Shown: piece by piece, positions 1 to 18,278 of the stretch
Layout of the letters: the number at the start of each line of letters is the position of its first letter
Position numbering within the stretch: the first letter of the stretch is position 1
The notes under the pieces: model-generated
Database searches by the model: none
Seen by the model: only the letters and a program-made list of their open reading frames with translations
Told to the model about the DNA's origin: nothing
Assembly: GCF_009914755.1 (NCBI RefSeq)
Contig: NC_060935.1
From: the human T2T-CHM13v2.0 reference genome, Homo sapiens
Length of the DNA stretch: 64,000 bases
Reading direction: 5' to 3' (one strand)
Position numbers and translations under genes: made by a program

Positions 1-2215
1 TCACTCCTGGTCTGACATTGGAGCATGTGAATTAAGAGTGACATTTTTTTCTACTGGCTTCTCCGAATAAAGTGTTCTACAGTCAGCCAGCACTAAACTC
101 ACTAGAAAGCAGGAGGGAAGAGCGTGCAGCCAATCATCTAGAATTACCTCGGTGTGCAGAGGCTGTCCCTTGGCTGCACTTGGGAAAAGCAGAGTGAAAC
201 ATCCTGTGCCTCTTTCTTCTGGATCTCCTCCTGACAGTCTCCTGGCAACACTAGAGACCTCAGGACTATGGAGATCAGAATTTCAATACCTTTGTCATCT
301 CAGCATTGACCACTCCTGAGACCCGAGGCTCCTCCTGGGAGCAGGAGACAGGGAGTTCGTGATGTTCGTTGGAAAGCAGGATTTATGAATGCAGGAGGGC
401 CGTGCTGGACCCCTCTGTCTTCTTCTCTCCCTGCTGTCAGCAGTGACAAGGTCTCCAGTGTGGAGGCGAGTCTGTTGTGGGTGAAACAGAAGCCCCTGGG
501 GTAAGGCCAGACCCCAGGCCTGAAAAGGATTCAAAGCCTGCTGTTTCAGGCTGTCAGGAAGAATCATGGCTACAAAGTGAATATGATGAAATGCATCCCA
601 GAGAGGAAATGAATGTGCCTTCACTAAGAAGTGGGTCTGGCTGCCAGGTCTCTGGCAGTCCACTGGCGAAAGGACTACATCCCCTGCAGCCCTGCCATCC
701 ACACTACATGATGTGGGAATGCTGTCTCTTCACTCTTACCCTGGGGACCCAAGCCTGCTTTGAGGTGTGAGTCACAGCCCTGATGTGTGCCTTGCATTAT
801 TCTTTCCCCAGGTGTGCCCGGAGACTCAAGCTTGCTCATTTCTGTCCTGACACATCTCTCTGGTCCTGTGGTGGTCAGAGTCCTCCTGTTCTGTGTCAGC
901 TCCTAGACATCATTAGTGTTTCACGTGATAAAGTGTGAGCACTTTTCTCTTTTACAGTATTTGGGGAAATTCTAACACACTCCCCAGGGATTTGCACAGG
1001 TCCCTCTGGCTCCCATGGTGGGTAGTTCTATGGATTCTGCACCTGGCAGTCAGCACTCCCCCTTGGAAGCCCCTGGGGTCCCTGTTTCTGTGGGCCTGGT
1101 CCTTGGTTTCTACCCCAGTACTTTTTGCTGGGACCTGCCTAGAACTGCCTGGAGGGCCATGGTCTAGGGAATGACAGGTGGAACCCTGACCACAACAGAT
1201 CCTTCTGAAACAACGAAGTCACCTTGATGACGACGACTGCAGTGGGGTGAATGCCATCACAGTGGGCATGCTGGGAGCCACCAAGGGCTTCCCGCAAAGG
1301 CAGTTCTTCCCAAGGCACCCTTTGCGTCTTCCCCTCCTCACCTCTCACTGCATTTGGAACTTGCTTATGCGTTGGAATGACTTAAATCAACTGCTGGTTT
1401 CTGTGTCCCTGCACTCACAGGAAGCTTCATTAACATTTTCAATAAGTGGCTAAAAAAACTCCTCTGGAGGTAGTTTTTGAGAGCAGGAAAAAGAAAAACA
1501 CACACTACCTGAAATGATTTTACTAATTTTTGAGTGACTCAGTTGAAAGTCAGTGTTGCATACACAATTTCCTCATGCTGAGCCAGCTTGAAATAAGACT
1601 TGATAAAAGGCACGGCCCTCAGTAGCAGGCGGTGCCACTGTGGACAGTGTACACTATGGTGTGAGGGTATGCGAAGGCGAGTGTAAGTGTGTTTACTCAT
1701 GCACACGGATAAACTGAAAGGACACCGAGCTTCGTGCTGGCAAAGTTATGATGCTGCTGTAGCTTGTTATGGGCCCCGGGCAGTGTCAGATGGGAAATGC
1801 TTTGATGGCATGTTGTTCAATATATATAATGGGGTCTCCCATGGCCCAAGGACCCAGGATGAGCACTCTGCCCACTGTGGTGGAGAACACGGCTGGAGTC
1901 ATCACAGCCCAGGTCTTTATTGAAAGGCAGTGTTGACCCAGAAGGCTCGCGTAGAACCCATTTGGCCAGGTGTGGACCATCTCTCTCCATCTGACTTGAC
2001 TTGGCTGCACAGAGGGACCCAGACCCAAAAGGCCCAGACTCAAGAGGAAACTGAATGACGTTTACCATTACACCAGCTTTCATTTATTTTTTCCATATGA
2101 TCATAAGAAGTGTATTACTAAGTATGTTTATAAATGCTATTTACAGTCTGTTCCCTTTTATTAGATGAAAGATTAATAAAGAATAAAAAATTGCCTGTAG
2201 TAAAACCGTGCCTGA
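1..2215 (+). pseudogene. Duplicated copy of the probable distal 3' UTR of the ANKRD33B retrocopy
   Basis: Inverted copy of 28799-31014, which is contiguous with the ANKRD33B retrocopy. AATAAA at 2175-2180 and 2182-2187 just before an Alu. UTR identity is inferred, not aligned. Confidence 0.55.
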
Positions 2216-2648
<433 letters not shown>

Positions 2649-2675
2649 TCATCACTTCAGCAGGTTGACACTCAC

Positions 2676-4547
2676 CTGGAAGTCATGAAATCTGTCCATT
2701 AGTCCAGTGATGGGTTGAGCACTGAGCTCTGAGCTCACACACTGGGGCATGTGCCGCTGCTCTGACTCACTCCTTTAAAGAGGAAAATACAATTGAGCTT
2801 TCTAATACCAAATATTTTATCACAGGATTGAAAAACAAATAATCATTCAAGGGAAATTTGTCTTTAAAACCCTTTCCTGAGGTAGCAGTCCCAAATCATA
2901 GGAATTACGAATTTGAGCCACTGAGCCTAGACTGACTGATGTATCCTACGAATAAGCTATGTACATAAACTCATGTCTTCCCACTTCTCAGAACCATGAA
3001 ATCAATCATTCCTCCCTTTCTTTCATTTATTTTTATTGTTTCTTAACAATACTAGAAGCTAAATTCGTTCTTTTCTTAAACCACGTTTATTCATTATATG
3101 ACTTCCTAAAACACACAAAGAAAGGTTATGATTCATCATTTCTTCAATATACACCCTTTGATATCGGACAACCTACCTGAGAGTCATTGGAATTTATGGT
3201 GATTCACAGATAATTTTTTGCAGTATTAAGTTTTTAAATTAGTCTTTAGTACTAAACCTCCCTACTCCATAGCCTGACCACTCTCTCTGAGCAGTAATCA
3301 ATGCTGCATTGTACCCTCAGGATTGGAAGCCATGAGAAAAAACCTTCCTCAAATCCTAACCAAGATGATTTCCACTCAAGTGGTAAGTGGATACATTTGT
3401 AGCATGTCTGTCTGAGGCTGAATCCGAGGGAAAAAGCCTAATACTTACAATCCACTGGTTGGTTTTCCTGCTCTCCTCATTTAACTTTCTTTGGTTTTCT
3501 TGAATTTTTTCCCAAAAAGATCTCATTTGCTTCATTATCGTCTCCTATAAAAGAATTATGAATTTGAACATAGAGAAACAAATGGCTTTGGTTGTCAGAC
3601 CCCCATTGATAAAGAAATCAAGGGATGAGATATGAAAGAGATTTGGGAAGATCTTAGACTGTACAACCACAACATGGAATGCAACCAGTATAATAGGAAA
3701 ATCATAAGCAGGGCTAATTTACAGATAATGTGGCATCTTGCATCAGAATTGGAATCTACTGACACCATGCCTTGCTAATTCTAGCAAAGTTTATTCTATT
3801 ATTTCCAGTGTTGGTAAAGAGGTTTCTTATATAGAAGGCTTTTGAACTTGTAGTTTAGATAGCCAGAAACTCTCTCTGATATTGAGCTCTTTACAGTGCC
3901 TTGAACATTAAACTAAATAGTCAAATTATTATAATGATTATTAACTTCATCACTCCCTCAGTGAAATGCAAGTTCCAGGAAGGAAGGTATTCTCACAGAT
4001 TCCATTTAAATTTCTATCATTGATACCTAGGCACTACATGATATCCAGTACAGAACAGAATAATCCTCATGCTCTTCATCTTCCCCCTAATCTCTTTACC
4101 TGTGCCATCCTCCAGCTTTCAAAGTGCTCTGAGAGCCATCACTTACCCAGTGTTCCTTAGTTGCCCCTCACAGTGTGTGTGAGCCCCGTGCTCCTGAGTG
4201 TTCCAGAACAGCAAATGAAGCAGGCTCTTATCCACCGCTCCAATATCTTTTTTTCTCCCTGTGGATCCCACACATTTGTTCATTAGAGCTCAGGAATTGC
4301 CAGAGACTGGCTTTTATGGCAATGCACACTGGATTCTTCAGAAAAATATTGGTTTTGACGTCCTCCTGCTGTGACAGTTCCCCGTATGTGGGCAGCCAGG
4401 AGGAATTTTGGCTTCTTCCCGGGAAAGGCAGAGACAGGGCCTACAGAAGCTGGGGCCACAGCCTGTGGTGATGGGGTCTACGAGTTAGTTCAGACAGAAG
4501 AGGCAGATGGGTTCTTTCTGGAAGGCTTGTGTGATGTCTGAGACCAT
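2676..4547 (-). pseudogene. TRIM43-like (TRIM43/TRIM53 subfamily) unprocessed pseudogene, left copy: RING/B-box exon 4147-4547, 96-nt exon 3449-3544, linker exon 2676-2772
   Basis: Reads [41 protein letters not shown]...KASLWQFLSS...EHGAH, like TRIM43 MDSDFSHAFQKELTC...KASLWQFLSS. AG/GT sites flank the exons. In-frame TAA in RING. No 231-nt coiled-coil exon and no SPRY exon. Confidence 0.88.
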
Positions 4548-4825
4548 TTTCCTGAAGGAAGGAAATTAGGAAACGTATGATTAAAATTTCACCTTATGCC
4601 TTGGAGAAACAAAGACCAAAGCAAAATTTGACTCAGGTTGTGAGTCAGTGATAAACTTCTGTCTAGAGTAGAACAGGCTTTATTTTGTATAAGACAAAAG
4701 TAGACCTGAGGCACAAAGAGAGCTCTTGGATCTGTAGGTAAAATTGTTGGGTTCATGCACAACTCACAGGGCACTACATCCTCATCCTTCCATTTTCTTT
4801 TGCATAGAAAAATGAACCTCAGAGA

Positions 4826-5133
4826 GGCCAGGTGTGATGGCTCACACCTGTAATCCCAGCACTTTGGGATGCCAAGGCTGGTAGATCAGGTTGGAGACCA
4901 GCCTGGCCAATATGGGGGAACCCTGTCTCTACTAAAAACACAAAAATCAGCCAGGAGTGGTGGCACATACCTGCAATCCAAGAAACTTAGGAGACTGGGC
5001 AGGAGAATTTCTTGAACCCTGAAGTTGCAGTCAGCTGAGACTGAGCCACTGCTCTTCAGCCTGGGCAAGAAAGCAAGAAGAAACAAAGAATGAGAGAACG
5101 AGAGAGAGAGAGAGAAAGAGAGAGAAGAAAGAA

Positions 5134-5201
<68 letters not shown>

Positions 5202-5239
5202 AAAAAGAAAAAAAGGAAAGGAAAAGAAAAGAAAAGAAA
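4826..5239 (+). mobile_element. Alu with internal deletions and (GA)n/(GAAA)n tail at the inner edge of the inverted duplication
   Basis: ggccaggtgtgatggctcacacctgtaatcccagc head; purine microsatellite at ~5080-5239. Confidence 0.92.
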
Positions 5240-5289
5240 TGATTAGATTTATTTTTAAAGTCTTGCTTATTACAATGATGGAAAATTTG

Positions 5290-5710
5290 AGATTTTCCAT
5301 CATATTGTATGTATTAGTTTTTTTCTTTTGTTGATTGAGCAGCATTCCATTGTGGGATTATACTATGGATTGTTTATTCACTCTTCTGTTAGAAACCTGG
5401 ACTTTGTCTAATATTTGGCTAATATAAACATGGCTGTTTTGAACAATATTGTACACATCTTCTTGTGGGCATGTGCTCATCTTTCTAGAGTAAATACCCA
5501 GTAATGGAATTGCTGTGCCATAGTGCACATTTCTGCTTGACATTGCTTTTTAAAAGAGTTACCTTAAGTGATTGTATAATTTTAGCCTAAATTATCACAA
5601 GCATTGTATGAGGATTTCAGTTGCTCCACATTCTCGCTACATTTGAATTGTTAATCTGTTTTACTTTAGCAATTCTAGCAAATGTGAAATTAGAATGTAT
5701 TTAATGTAAT
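5290..5710 (-). mobile_element. Old L1M 3' fragment
   Basis: Degenerate L1 ORF2 C-terminus (ORF 5358..5543 '...YGTAIPLLGIYSRKM...'). Boundaries approximate. Confidence 0.7.
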
Positions 5711-5775
5711 TTATAGAGAACCGTTTGAATGAAACTAAGTTTTTACTGGAAATACAGCAATTTTTTTTTTTTCAG

Positions 5776-5869
5776 AATATGCTTATAGGTGTGGAATTGC
5801 AGAGGCTGTTGGTCTTCCAAGTATTCCTGTTCATCCAATTGGATACTATGATGCAGAGAAGCTCCTAGA
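5776..5869 (+). pseudogene. FOLH1: Orphan FOLH1 (PSMA/GCPII) exon 7 copy within a duplicated intronic segment (~5240-9420)
   Basis: 94-nt exon with poly-T/CAG acceptor and GTAAGT donor. Encodes (E)[30 protein letters not shown](E), versus FOLH1 [31 protein letters not shown]. Confidence 0.93.
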
Positions 5870-6504
5870 GTAAGTTTGTAAGAATCAATGGATGGCTATT
5901 TGGGTAATTTTCATTATTGACAGTTTTCAAATATTAGGCTTTTATCTCCATTTTTTAGTTCTTAAATTTTCCAACATGGGTGCTGCTTGTAATTTTATCA
6001 CTATAAAATAGAATAGTGGTTCTGTTCTGGAATTTAGTATATACATGAGTATCTAGTGTATGACAGCCATGAAAATGAGCCTTTCAGATATTTAACTGCA
6101 GGGATCCTAATTGATCAATTGCTCCAGACACTGTGCTTTGAAACCCCACTATATTTGTGTCAAGACTATGCTTCCTGTAGGTGTTCTCGGGCAATGACTC
6201 AATGTGGCAAGGATACTACTACAGGCCTGTTTCTGGACGGCACTGGACTCCTCTGATGCAATACTTTGGCCCAGGGACTCCCTGATAGCCTCGCTTAAAT
6301 AGATGCTGCACCCAACACTCCTCTTTCTTTTCCTCCTCCCTTTTACCTTTATTCAATATTAGACCTACCTTGCAGTCTAAGTACTTTCTCAGGGTTTCCT
6401 TGCTCTCTCCTCATTTTCCACACATGCTTTTCCCGAGTAAATCTCTTACTCATGTATTCCTCTTACTGTCTACTTCTGGAAGGACCCAGAATAACACACT
6501 ATAG

Positions 6505-6974
<470 letters not shown>

Positions 6975-7593
6975 ACCATTATTCTTTAGAGGTGAGAGAA
7001 CACTGGCTTTTCTAAAAGTGAAATTGATAAAGACCAAAGTGTCTGTCCAGGTAGTCCCTTTTCTTCTTTGAGTTCAAGCCTTTCTTAATCATTTTATTCC
7101 AGTATCTATGAGGAAGCACTTTTTGACCAAGGGCAAGGCACTCATTTTTAGAGGTGAGGAGGCCGACATCTGGGGAGTAGGACACATCTGTTCAATTTAA
7201 GGGCAGATTAGGAAAGTACCCTGGTCTTTCTTCCTTGGGGCTATAAGATTTACTACATTGCTTAAGATTCAGGACAAGGCACAACTTTTGATAACACCAT
7301 AGACTATGCATTTGCCTAAAAATATGTATAAATAAAGACTAAGTATTCATGACATTTAAAAGATAAAAGTGATTTTAGAATTACTTGTAATAGTGGAAAA
7401 CTGTAGACAACACAAATCTTCAACAATTTATATGTACTCGAATAATACATTAATGACTATGATAGTAAATGAAGTGATTAAAAGATATTTATATGTTGTA
7501 CCAGAATAATTAATAATATCGAAAAATGCTTATGATATACTATTAAGTGAAGAAAAGCAAATTGCAAAACTATATATATATAGTATTATCTCA

Positions 7594-7986
<393 letters not shown>

Positions 7987-9129
7987 TCATGAATTAGATG
8001 TGAGATTTATTTAAACGTCTATGATTTGGTCTGGTTTACTAGGTCAATATCAGCTGTGCTCTGATTGTGTAATGGAATTATCTGATTGATTGAAAAATAA
8101 CAAACTCAATTCATCTGACATTACTGTGTCACCCTCTGTAAGCCATTTTACAAATACAATCACCGTTAATAACATAACTTTCATGGAAAAGTGCATTTTA
8201 CATTCAAAATTTCATAATTAAAATTAGACACTCTATTTATCCACCCATACTTTCTAAGTCATAACGAAACAGTCCATATAAGTGGAATTTAGTTTTAAAA
8301 AATTGTTTAAAAGAACATATGGTTTGTTTATGAATTTCACTGTGAAAATTTACTCTCTTGGCACACGTACCTTGGGAGTGTGCCAAGATACTCAATTCTC
8401 AGATTCTCTCAAGTGGTTAGCAGTTTAGCATTGTGCACTGATTAGAGAAGACAGTGTTTTACAAATGGAATATATCATGAAATAAAATTTATTAATAAAT
8501 GTGTGAGTAAACAAGGAGAGATATAAAGTCATATAATGACCCAAGAATGCTGAGAAGTTAAATAAAAAGTTGATGAAATGTGAGTGATGATAAAAACTTC
8601 ATGTTGACTTGAGTGGGAAAGAAAGGGGACACCTTATATATTGTTTCCTATTTTTCTTTACATGTAACCTGAACACAGTGTGATTATGTGGTTTTAATTT
8701 GCCTTCTACAGTAACTTCCAGGACGATAATTATAGTGCCAACGGTAACAGTAGTAGCATGTATCCTGCATGGAGTGCTAATTATGCTTTAGCACTTACTG
8801 TTGTGCTAAATGCTTTACACACATCTCCTCAATTAACCTATAAAACAACAATATGAGTTAGTATTGTGATACTCATTGTAACCAATGTTCAGAGAGTAAG
8901 TGAATGAGGTGGGGCCTTAATTCATGTCTGATGCAAAAGACACTTTGGTAAACACTACTTACTCTCTACTCAATGACAGAAGCATTTAGTAGCCACCTCT
9001 ATTGATTATGGTGTTGTCTCATTTTTATGCCTCTGCTTGGGAGACCTTTAATGGCTTCTCGCAAAAACATTTATAGAATGACTTTTATATTTCAGGCACT
9101 GCAGTAAAAGTAGGAATTAGGTAAAGTCA

Positions 9130-9422
9130 GTAGTAACGTCCTCTCTTGTATTCTTGATTTTAGTAATTACTTTTTAAACTTGGTCAGTTTAACTAATGAT
9201 TTGCTAATTTTGTTGATCTTCTTAAAGAATCACCCTTGGTTTCATTGATTTTCTCTATTGATTTTATTATTTTTCTTTCAATCTTTGTAATTTCCTTTCT
9301 TATGCATTATGAGTTAAGTTTAGTTTTCTTTGTCCAGTTTCTTAAGGTGAAAACTTAGCTTACTGATTTGAGATTCTTTCTATATAGGTGTCTAGAGCTA
9401 TGTATTTTCCTTTAAGCACTGC
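9130..9422 (-). mobile_element. Old L1M ORF2 fragment
   Basis: T-rich antisense L1 ORF2 text (ttgttgatcttc...ttcattgattttctctattg...ttttcctttaagcactgc). Boundaries approximate. Confidence 0.7.
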
Positions 9423-9610
9423 GTAAAGTTGGTTGGGTCGAAATGGGGGTGGAGGGCGATTCCAGCTTGTCTTCTGCAGTGTGAATACTCTGACTCCCTG
9501 CCACGAACAGACATCTATACACAGCAGTCAATCGACTCAAGCAAGAAAATTGCTCAAGCAAGAAAATAACCAAGAATCTCAGTCACAGGAGAGCTGCTGT
9601 GAGTACCCTA

Positions 9611-10288
9611 CTGGAAGAAAGGGTATCAGTGATGGAAGACCAAATGAATGAAATGAAGTGAGAAGAGAAGTTTAGAGAAAAAAGAATAAAAAGAAATGAA
9701 CAAAGGCTCCAAGAAATAAGGGACTATGTGAAAAGACCAAATCTACGTCTGACAGGTGTACCTGAAAGGTACAGGGAGAATGGAACCAAGCTGGAAAACA
9801 CTCTGCAGGATATTATCCAGGAGAACTTCCCCAATCTAGCAAGGCAGGCCAACATTCAGATTCAGGAAATACAGAGAACGCCACAAAGATACTCCTCAAG
9901 AAGAGCAACTCCAAGACACACAATTGTCAGATTCACCAAAGTTGAAATAAAGGAAAAAATATTAAGAGCAACCAGACAGAAAGGTCGGGTTACCCACAAA
10001 GGGAAGCCCATCAGACTAACAGCGGGTCTCCTGCCAGAAACTCTACAACCCAGAAGAGAGTGGGGGCCCACATTCAACATTCTTAAAGAAAAGAATTTTC
10101 AACCCAGAATTTCATATCCAGCCAAACTAAGCTTCATAAGAGAAGGAGAAATAAAATCCTTTACAGATGAGCAAATGCTGAGAGACTTTGTCACCACCAG
10201 GCCTGCCCTACAAGAGCTCCTGAAGGAAGCACTAAACATGGAAAGGAAAAACCGGTACCACTCACTGAAAAAACATGCCAAAATGTAA
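9611..10288 (+). pseudogene. L1 ORF1p C-terminal remnant
   Basis: ORF 9728..10288 KRPNLRLTGVPE...NFQPRISYPAKLSF...KHAKM. Confidence 0.95.
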
Positions 10289-10351
10289 ATACCGTCAAGG
10301 CTAGGAAGAAACCGCATCAACTAACGAGCAAAATAACCAGCTAACATCATA

Positions 10352-14171
<3,820 letters not shown>

Positions 14172-14632
14172 ACAATGAGAACACATGGACACAGGAAGGG
14201 GAATGTCACACTCCGGCGACTGATGCGGGGTGGGTGTAGGGGGGAGGGATAGCATTAGGAGATATACCGAATGCTAAATAACGAGTTAATGGGTGCAGCA
14301 CACCAACATGGCACATGTATACATATGTAACAAACCTGCACATTGTGCACATGTACCCTAAAACTTACAGTATAATAATAATAAAAATAAATAAATAAAA
14401 ATAAAAAACCAATACCAAAACCAAATGGAAAAACCAATCAACCAACCAAATAAACAAATAAAAAACAGCAATAAACCAATTTAGGTTGAATAGAAGATAA
14501 AAAATAATTAAAGATACTGGGGCTTTCTATTTTCTCGTGGATTAAATTAACTTCTAGGGATACCCAAACTCTGAACTAACATATAGGAGGATTTTTGTGA
14601 AACTTAAAGAGTTGTAATTATATTTCTATGGT

Positions 14633-14716
14633 GTGATGGTGAATTTTAGGTATCAGTCTGACTGGATTAACCAACACCTAGGGAACAGGTGCAGCATTGT
14701 TTCTGGGTGAGTCTGA
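14633..14716 (+). mobile_element. MLT2-type (ERVL) LTR 5' fragment
   Basis: tgtgatggtgaattttaggtatcagtctgactggattaa... resembles the MLT2 LTR start. Confidence 0.55.
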
Positions 14717-15157
14717 ATAACCTACTCAGTCATCTTTCCCAGAACCTATTACCCAAATGAGTGGATCCCAAAATAGTATTAATGTGAGCCTAGATTCCCA
14801 AAATTTCTGATCTTGCCATGTCCTCAAATTAATCTAAATGTAAATGAATCACTCACTATTTTATACGTGTTTGACAACCCAAAATATATTATTGACTTAG
14901 TTGGGGAACAGTTATTGGGGCTGTTACCTTGACCATTCCACAAAGTTTTGTGGCTGGTGGATAAAGTAGGAGGGATCTTTGGCCTGGTAGAATCCCTTGG
15001 CGGGGCTATACTTTCCCAGTAAAGTAGCATTAGTTATGTGAATGTGTTTTTGGAAACACATCATGGAAATAAAGGTAGGGAGATGGATTTCAGCCATGAG
15101 GAAAATACTTACACATGTGAAGAGTCAAAAACCTGAAACCACATTGTGAGTTTGTAC

Positions 15158-17211
15158 CTGAAGTAGCTCCACATCTGGTTTATGGCACATTTTCATCAGC
15201 TCCTCATACGTTCCTCTTAAAATCTCCCTCCTATGAGCCATTTTGGCTTTACTTAAATGAAGTTGATGAAAAATATCTTTCCCCTTCTTTTTCAGCATCT
15301 CCAAATTATGTTTTTCTTCTTCATGATGAAATGCAGGCATCTTCTGATACTCAGCTCTAATAGCTTCTAGCCTTACATTCACATAACCCTGCAGTGATAA
15401 TGGGTTAGTCAAAAGGGAAATGTATTTATCCATCTCCTATTAAATCTCACTGATTCCTTTTGTCTCTCGAACATCCAATAGTTTAAACCTCAGTCTTGCC
15501 AGTTCTTAGAATCCACAAATTTTTTTCCTTTCCTTTCTTTCTGCATAAAGATCAACGTAGATGTATCTGACCAATTACATTAAATTTATTCAAGATAATG
15601 TGTTTTCTAAGATAGTTGGAAATAAAATAAAACACAATTTGAATTTCTCTATTCCAACCCATATTTATGGAAAAGTAAGAACAGTTCGTGCTTAAGAGTT
15701 GGAGTATGGAGCTATAGTTACTAGAAAGGAAATAATTATTTCTATTTCTGAGATATGCAACAAGTTGCTTAAACTCATTATATGTGAAATGATGTTAGAC
15801 TAACATGTCCAGCTAAATACATTTCACCCAGCAAAACCTATCCTAATAAGGCTGCATTTATGATTTGGCCATCTTTGTCTCTCTGAATTCATTTCCTTCC
15901 ATTCTTTTTCTAAGTCACCCCAATCTGAAACATAGATATCTTTGCGGCGCTTCCGGCCTCCAAATATACACAAACTCAAAATTACTGCATATGCTGTTCA
16001 CTCCAACTAGAATTTTACACACACACACACACAAACAAACACACATATACATATATACACACTCATGGTCCACATATATATACATACACACTTTCATCCT
16101 CCCCTTCCTCTTCAAAGCTTTGTTCAATTTGAATTTTTCAGTGAGTCTTTTTTCTGACCACCCTATTTAAAACTCAGGCACTAATCTCCAGTTTCTGGCC
16201 TCAGTTATTCTTTTCTATTCCCTGCTTGATTATTCTCCAACAAAGAACCTACCACACTCGAACACATCATGTATTGCACATATTTGCATGTTGACCATTT
16301 TTGCCTCTCTCAATGGGATTGTACAATTTGTGAGGACAAAGATGCTTTCTTTCTTCTATATTAGCAAATTTTCTAATTTAATATTCAACATAGAGTAGGT
16401 TCTTATGAAATACTTTTCAACACACTAATATTAGCTATCATACCCTCAAAGTATACAACCACAAAGAGAAAATAATTTTTAATATTTTTCTGAAGTCCTC
16501 AGAGTTCTCCTTATATTTAGATACTAGTTCCCATATTTCGGGCATGTTTACATGTCTCCCTCAAGACACAAATCCATATTTCTCACCACTTTTCTCACCA
16601 TAGGTTATGTGTTATTCAATATTAATTAGTTGAGATTCTTAATTTCATGGTTGCCCTAGATTTCCCCTGTCACTCTTTCTGCCTCAAATTTTCCATGCAA
16701 TTCCAAATACTACTTGTCCACCAGCATTCAGATTAATGCTGACCCAGGCTCAGAAGGTTCACTTGAGCTTTCCATGACTGCCAAATAACTCTTATGCCCA
16801 GCATTTATCAAACCAGCACATATAGAATGCTGCAAGATGGCCCAGTTTCTTGTATCTGTTGGCGTATAGCTACAGCTTTGTATGAAAGCAAACCAGCATG
16901 CTTTGGGTAACATCAATGGTTTTGTTAGAAATCCTATCTAACAGTCCTACTATTCTACATAAGAAATGAAACCACCTTTTCTCAATGTTTTCTTTTTTTT
17001 TTAAATTGACTCCCAGAAACATTACAGTTTGATATCAAGTGCCTACTTTAAGAGTCACCCATTTGCCCACCATAAGTTCCTGGAGAAGGTAGAAGGTAGA
17101 GTAGTACAGGACTACCTTCCAGTGGCTGATTCTGGTGGTTTCCAAGTTCAGGTTTCTCTGATTTTCACAGGGTTTTTCCCATAAAGACTGCATTTTCTTT
17201 AAAAGCTTCTC
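15158..17211 (-). pseudogene. TRIM48/TRIM49-type gene fragment: 96-nt exon 17116-17211 and 231-nt coiled-coil exon 15158-15388
   Basis: EKLLKKMQSLWEKPCENQRNLNLETTRISHWK and GYVNVRLEAIRAEYQKMPAFHHEEEKHNLEMLKKKGKDIFHQLHLSKAKMAHRREILRGTYEELMKMCHKPDVELLQ. Canonical AG/GT sites and the family-typical exon lengths. Confidence 0.9.
16016..16092. repeat. (CA)n/(TA)n microsatellite
   Basis: acacacacac...atatatacac directly visible. Confidence 0.85.
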
Positions 17212-18278
17212 CTGCAAAAGAGCCATAAATTGAAGCACCAGTGAAGACAATAAAGTAACATGCAGACCTTTTCATAGGGAGGGGGCCCAGAATGAGAGAC
17301 AAATAAGTCCCTCGGAATGGCACTTATTCTATTTCCCTTCTTCTTCAAATCTCAGAGGTTTGAAGCTAAGAAAGCCCAAAAGAGAGATGCTTAAAGGGAC
17401 TCAGAGTTGGCTTTACCCAATCTCCAAGAAAATAGGCTCACAGGAATTTCATGTGTCCTTTATAGAAATAGATATTCAGAGGCATCACTTGTTGCCATAC
17501 TCAGTGACTTTATTAAGCAGCTCAATGAAAGTTCCGTAAAACCTAAAAAATAAATAAATAAATGAATAAAACAAAAAATAAATAAATGAAAGAAAAATAA
17601 AGGAAGTGAGCATCTCTCTTCCTAATTTCCATTTTATTGCTCAAAAGCCTTCATATTTCAAAGAGAAAATATTACGTTTACTACAGGGTTACAAAGTCAA
17701 CCAGGGGAAGCCAGAGAGAAAAGGGGAAAGTATTTTAGCAGTGAAAAGTGTTGATGATTTCTAGTTTATATTTAAATATATAATTCTGAAAAATGGATGA
17801 AACAAACTATTCGGAATGTTTGAACCGTGTAGGCCTCCAGAGAACCTCAACTATAAAAGGCAGATCTCCCTGCCTGGAGCAAGTTTCAACACCCTGGCCT
17901 TGAGAAGGAAGCAACAGATGCAGCAGTCTTAAAAATAACCCCACTTTTCCAGACAGTGATTTCAGGAATTTCTGGTGAGGTCTGGAACCCAGAATTTCAT
18001 TTTTGAATATTCTCCCAGTCTTAAGACTAATGATCCTTACTAATTTGGAGCAATACAAAAAAAGATCCGAATGAATTCTCAGCCAGATAGACTTTACCAT
18101 CGTGCTTGAAAATCAGGAACTGTGAATAAGAATGAATTTGAAAAAGAAAATGATAATATTGGAATTAGCAAATGTGTGGGTTAAAGGGCTTCTCATGAAA
18201 TGTCTTTTAAATAAAAGTGGTGACTTTTATGTATTTTTTTTGGCTGTAGATGTGGTAGCTGTATCTTTCTCCTTGCAG

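Noticed and set aside
295-2083. ORFs conserved between the two arms as evidence of a coding gene
   Set aside because: Conservation reflects recent duplication of UTR-like DNA; no recognisable domain.
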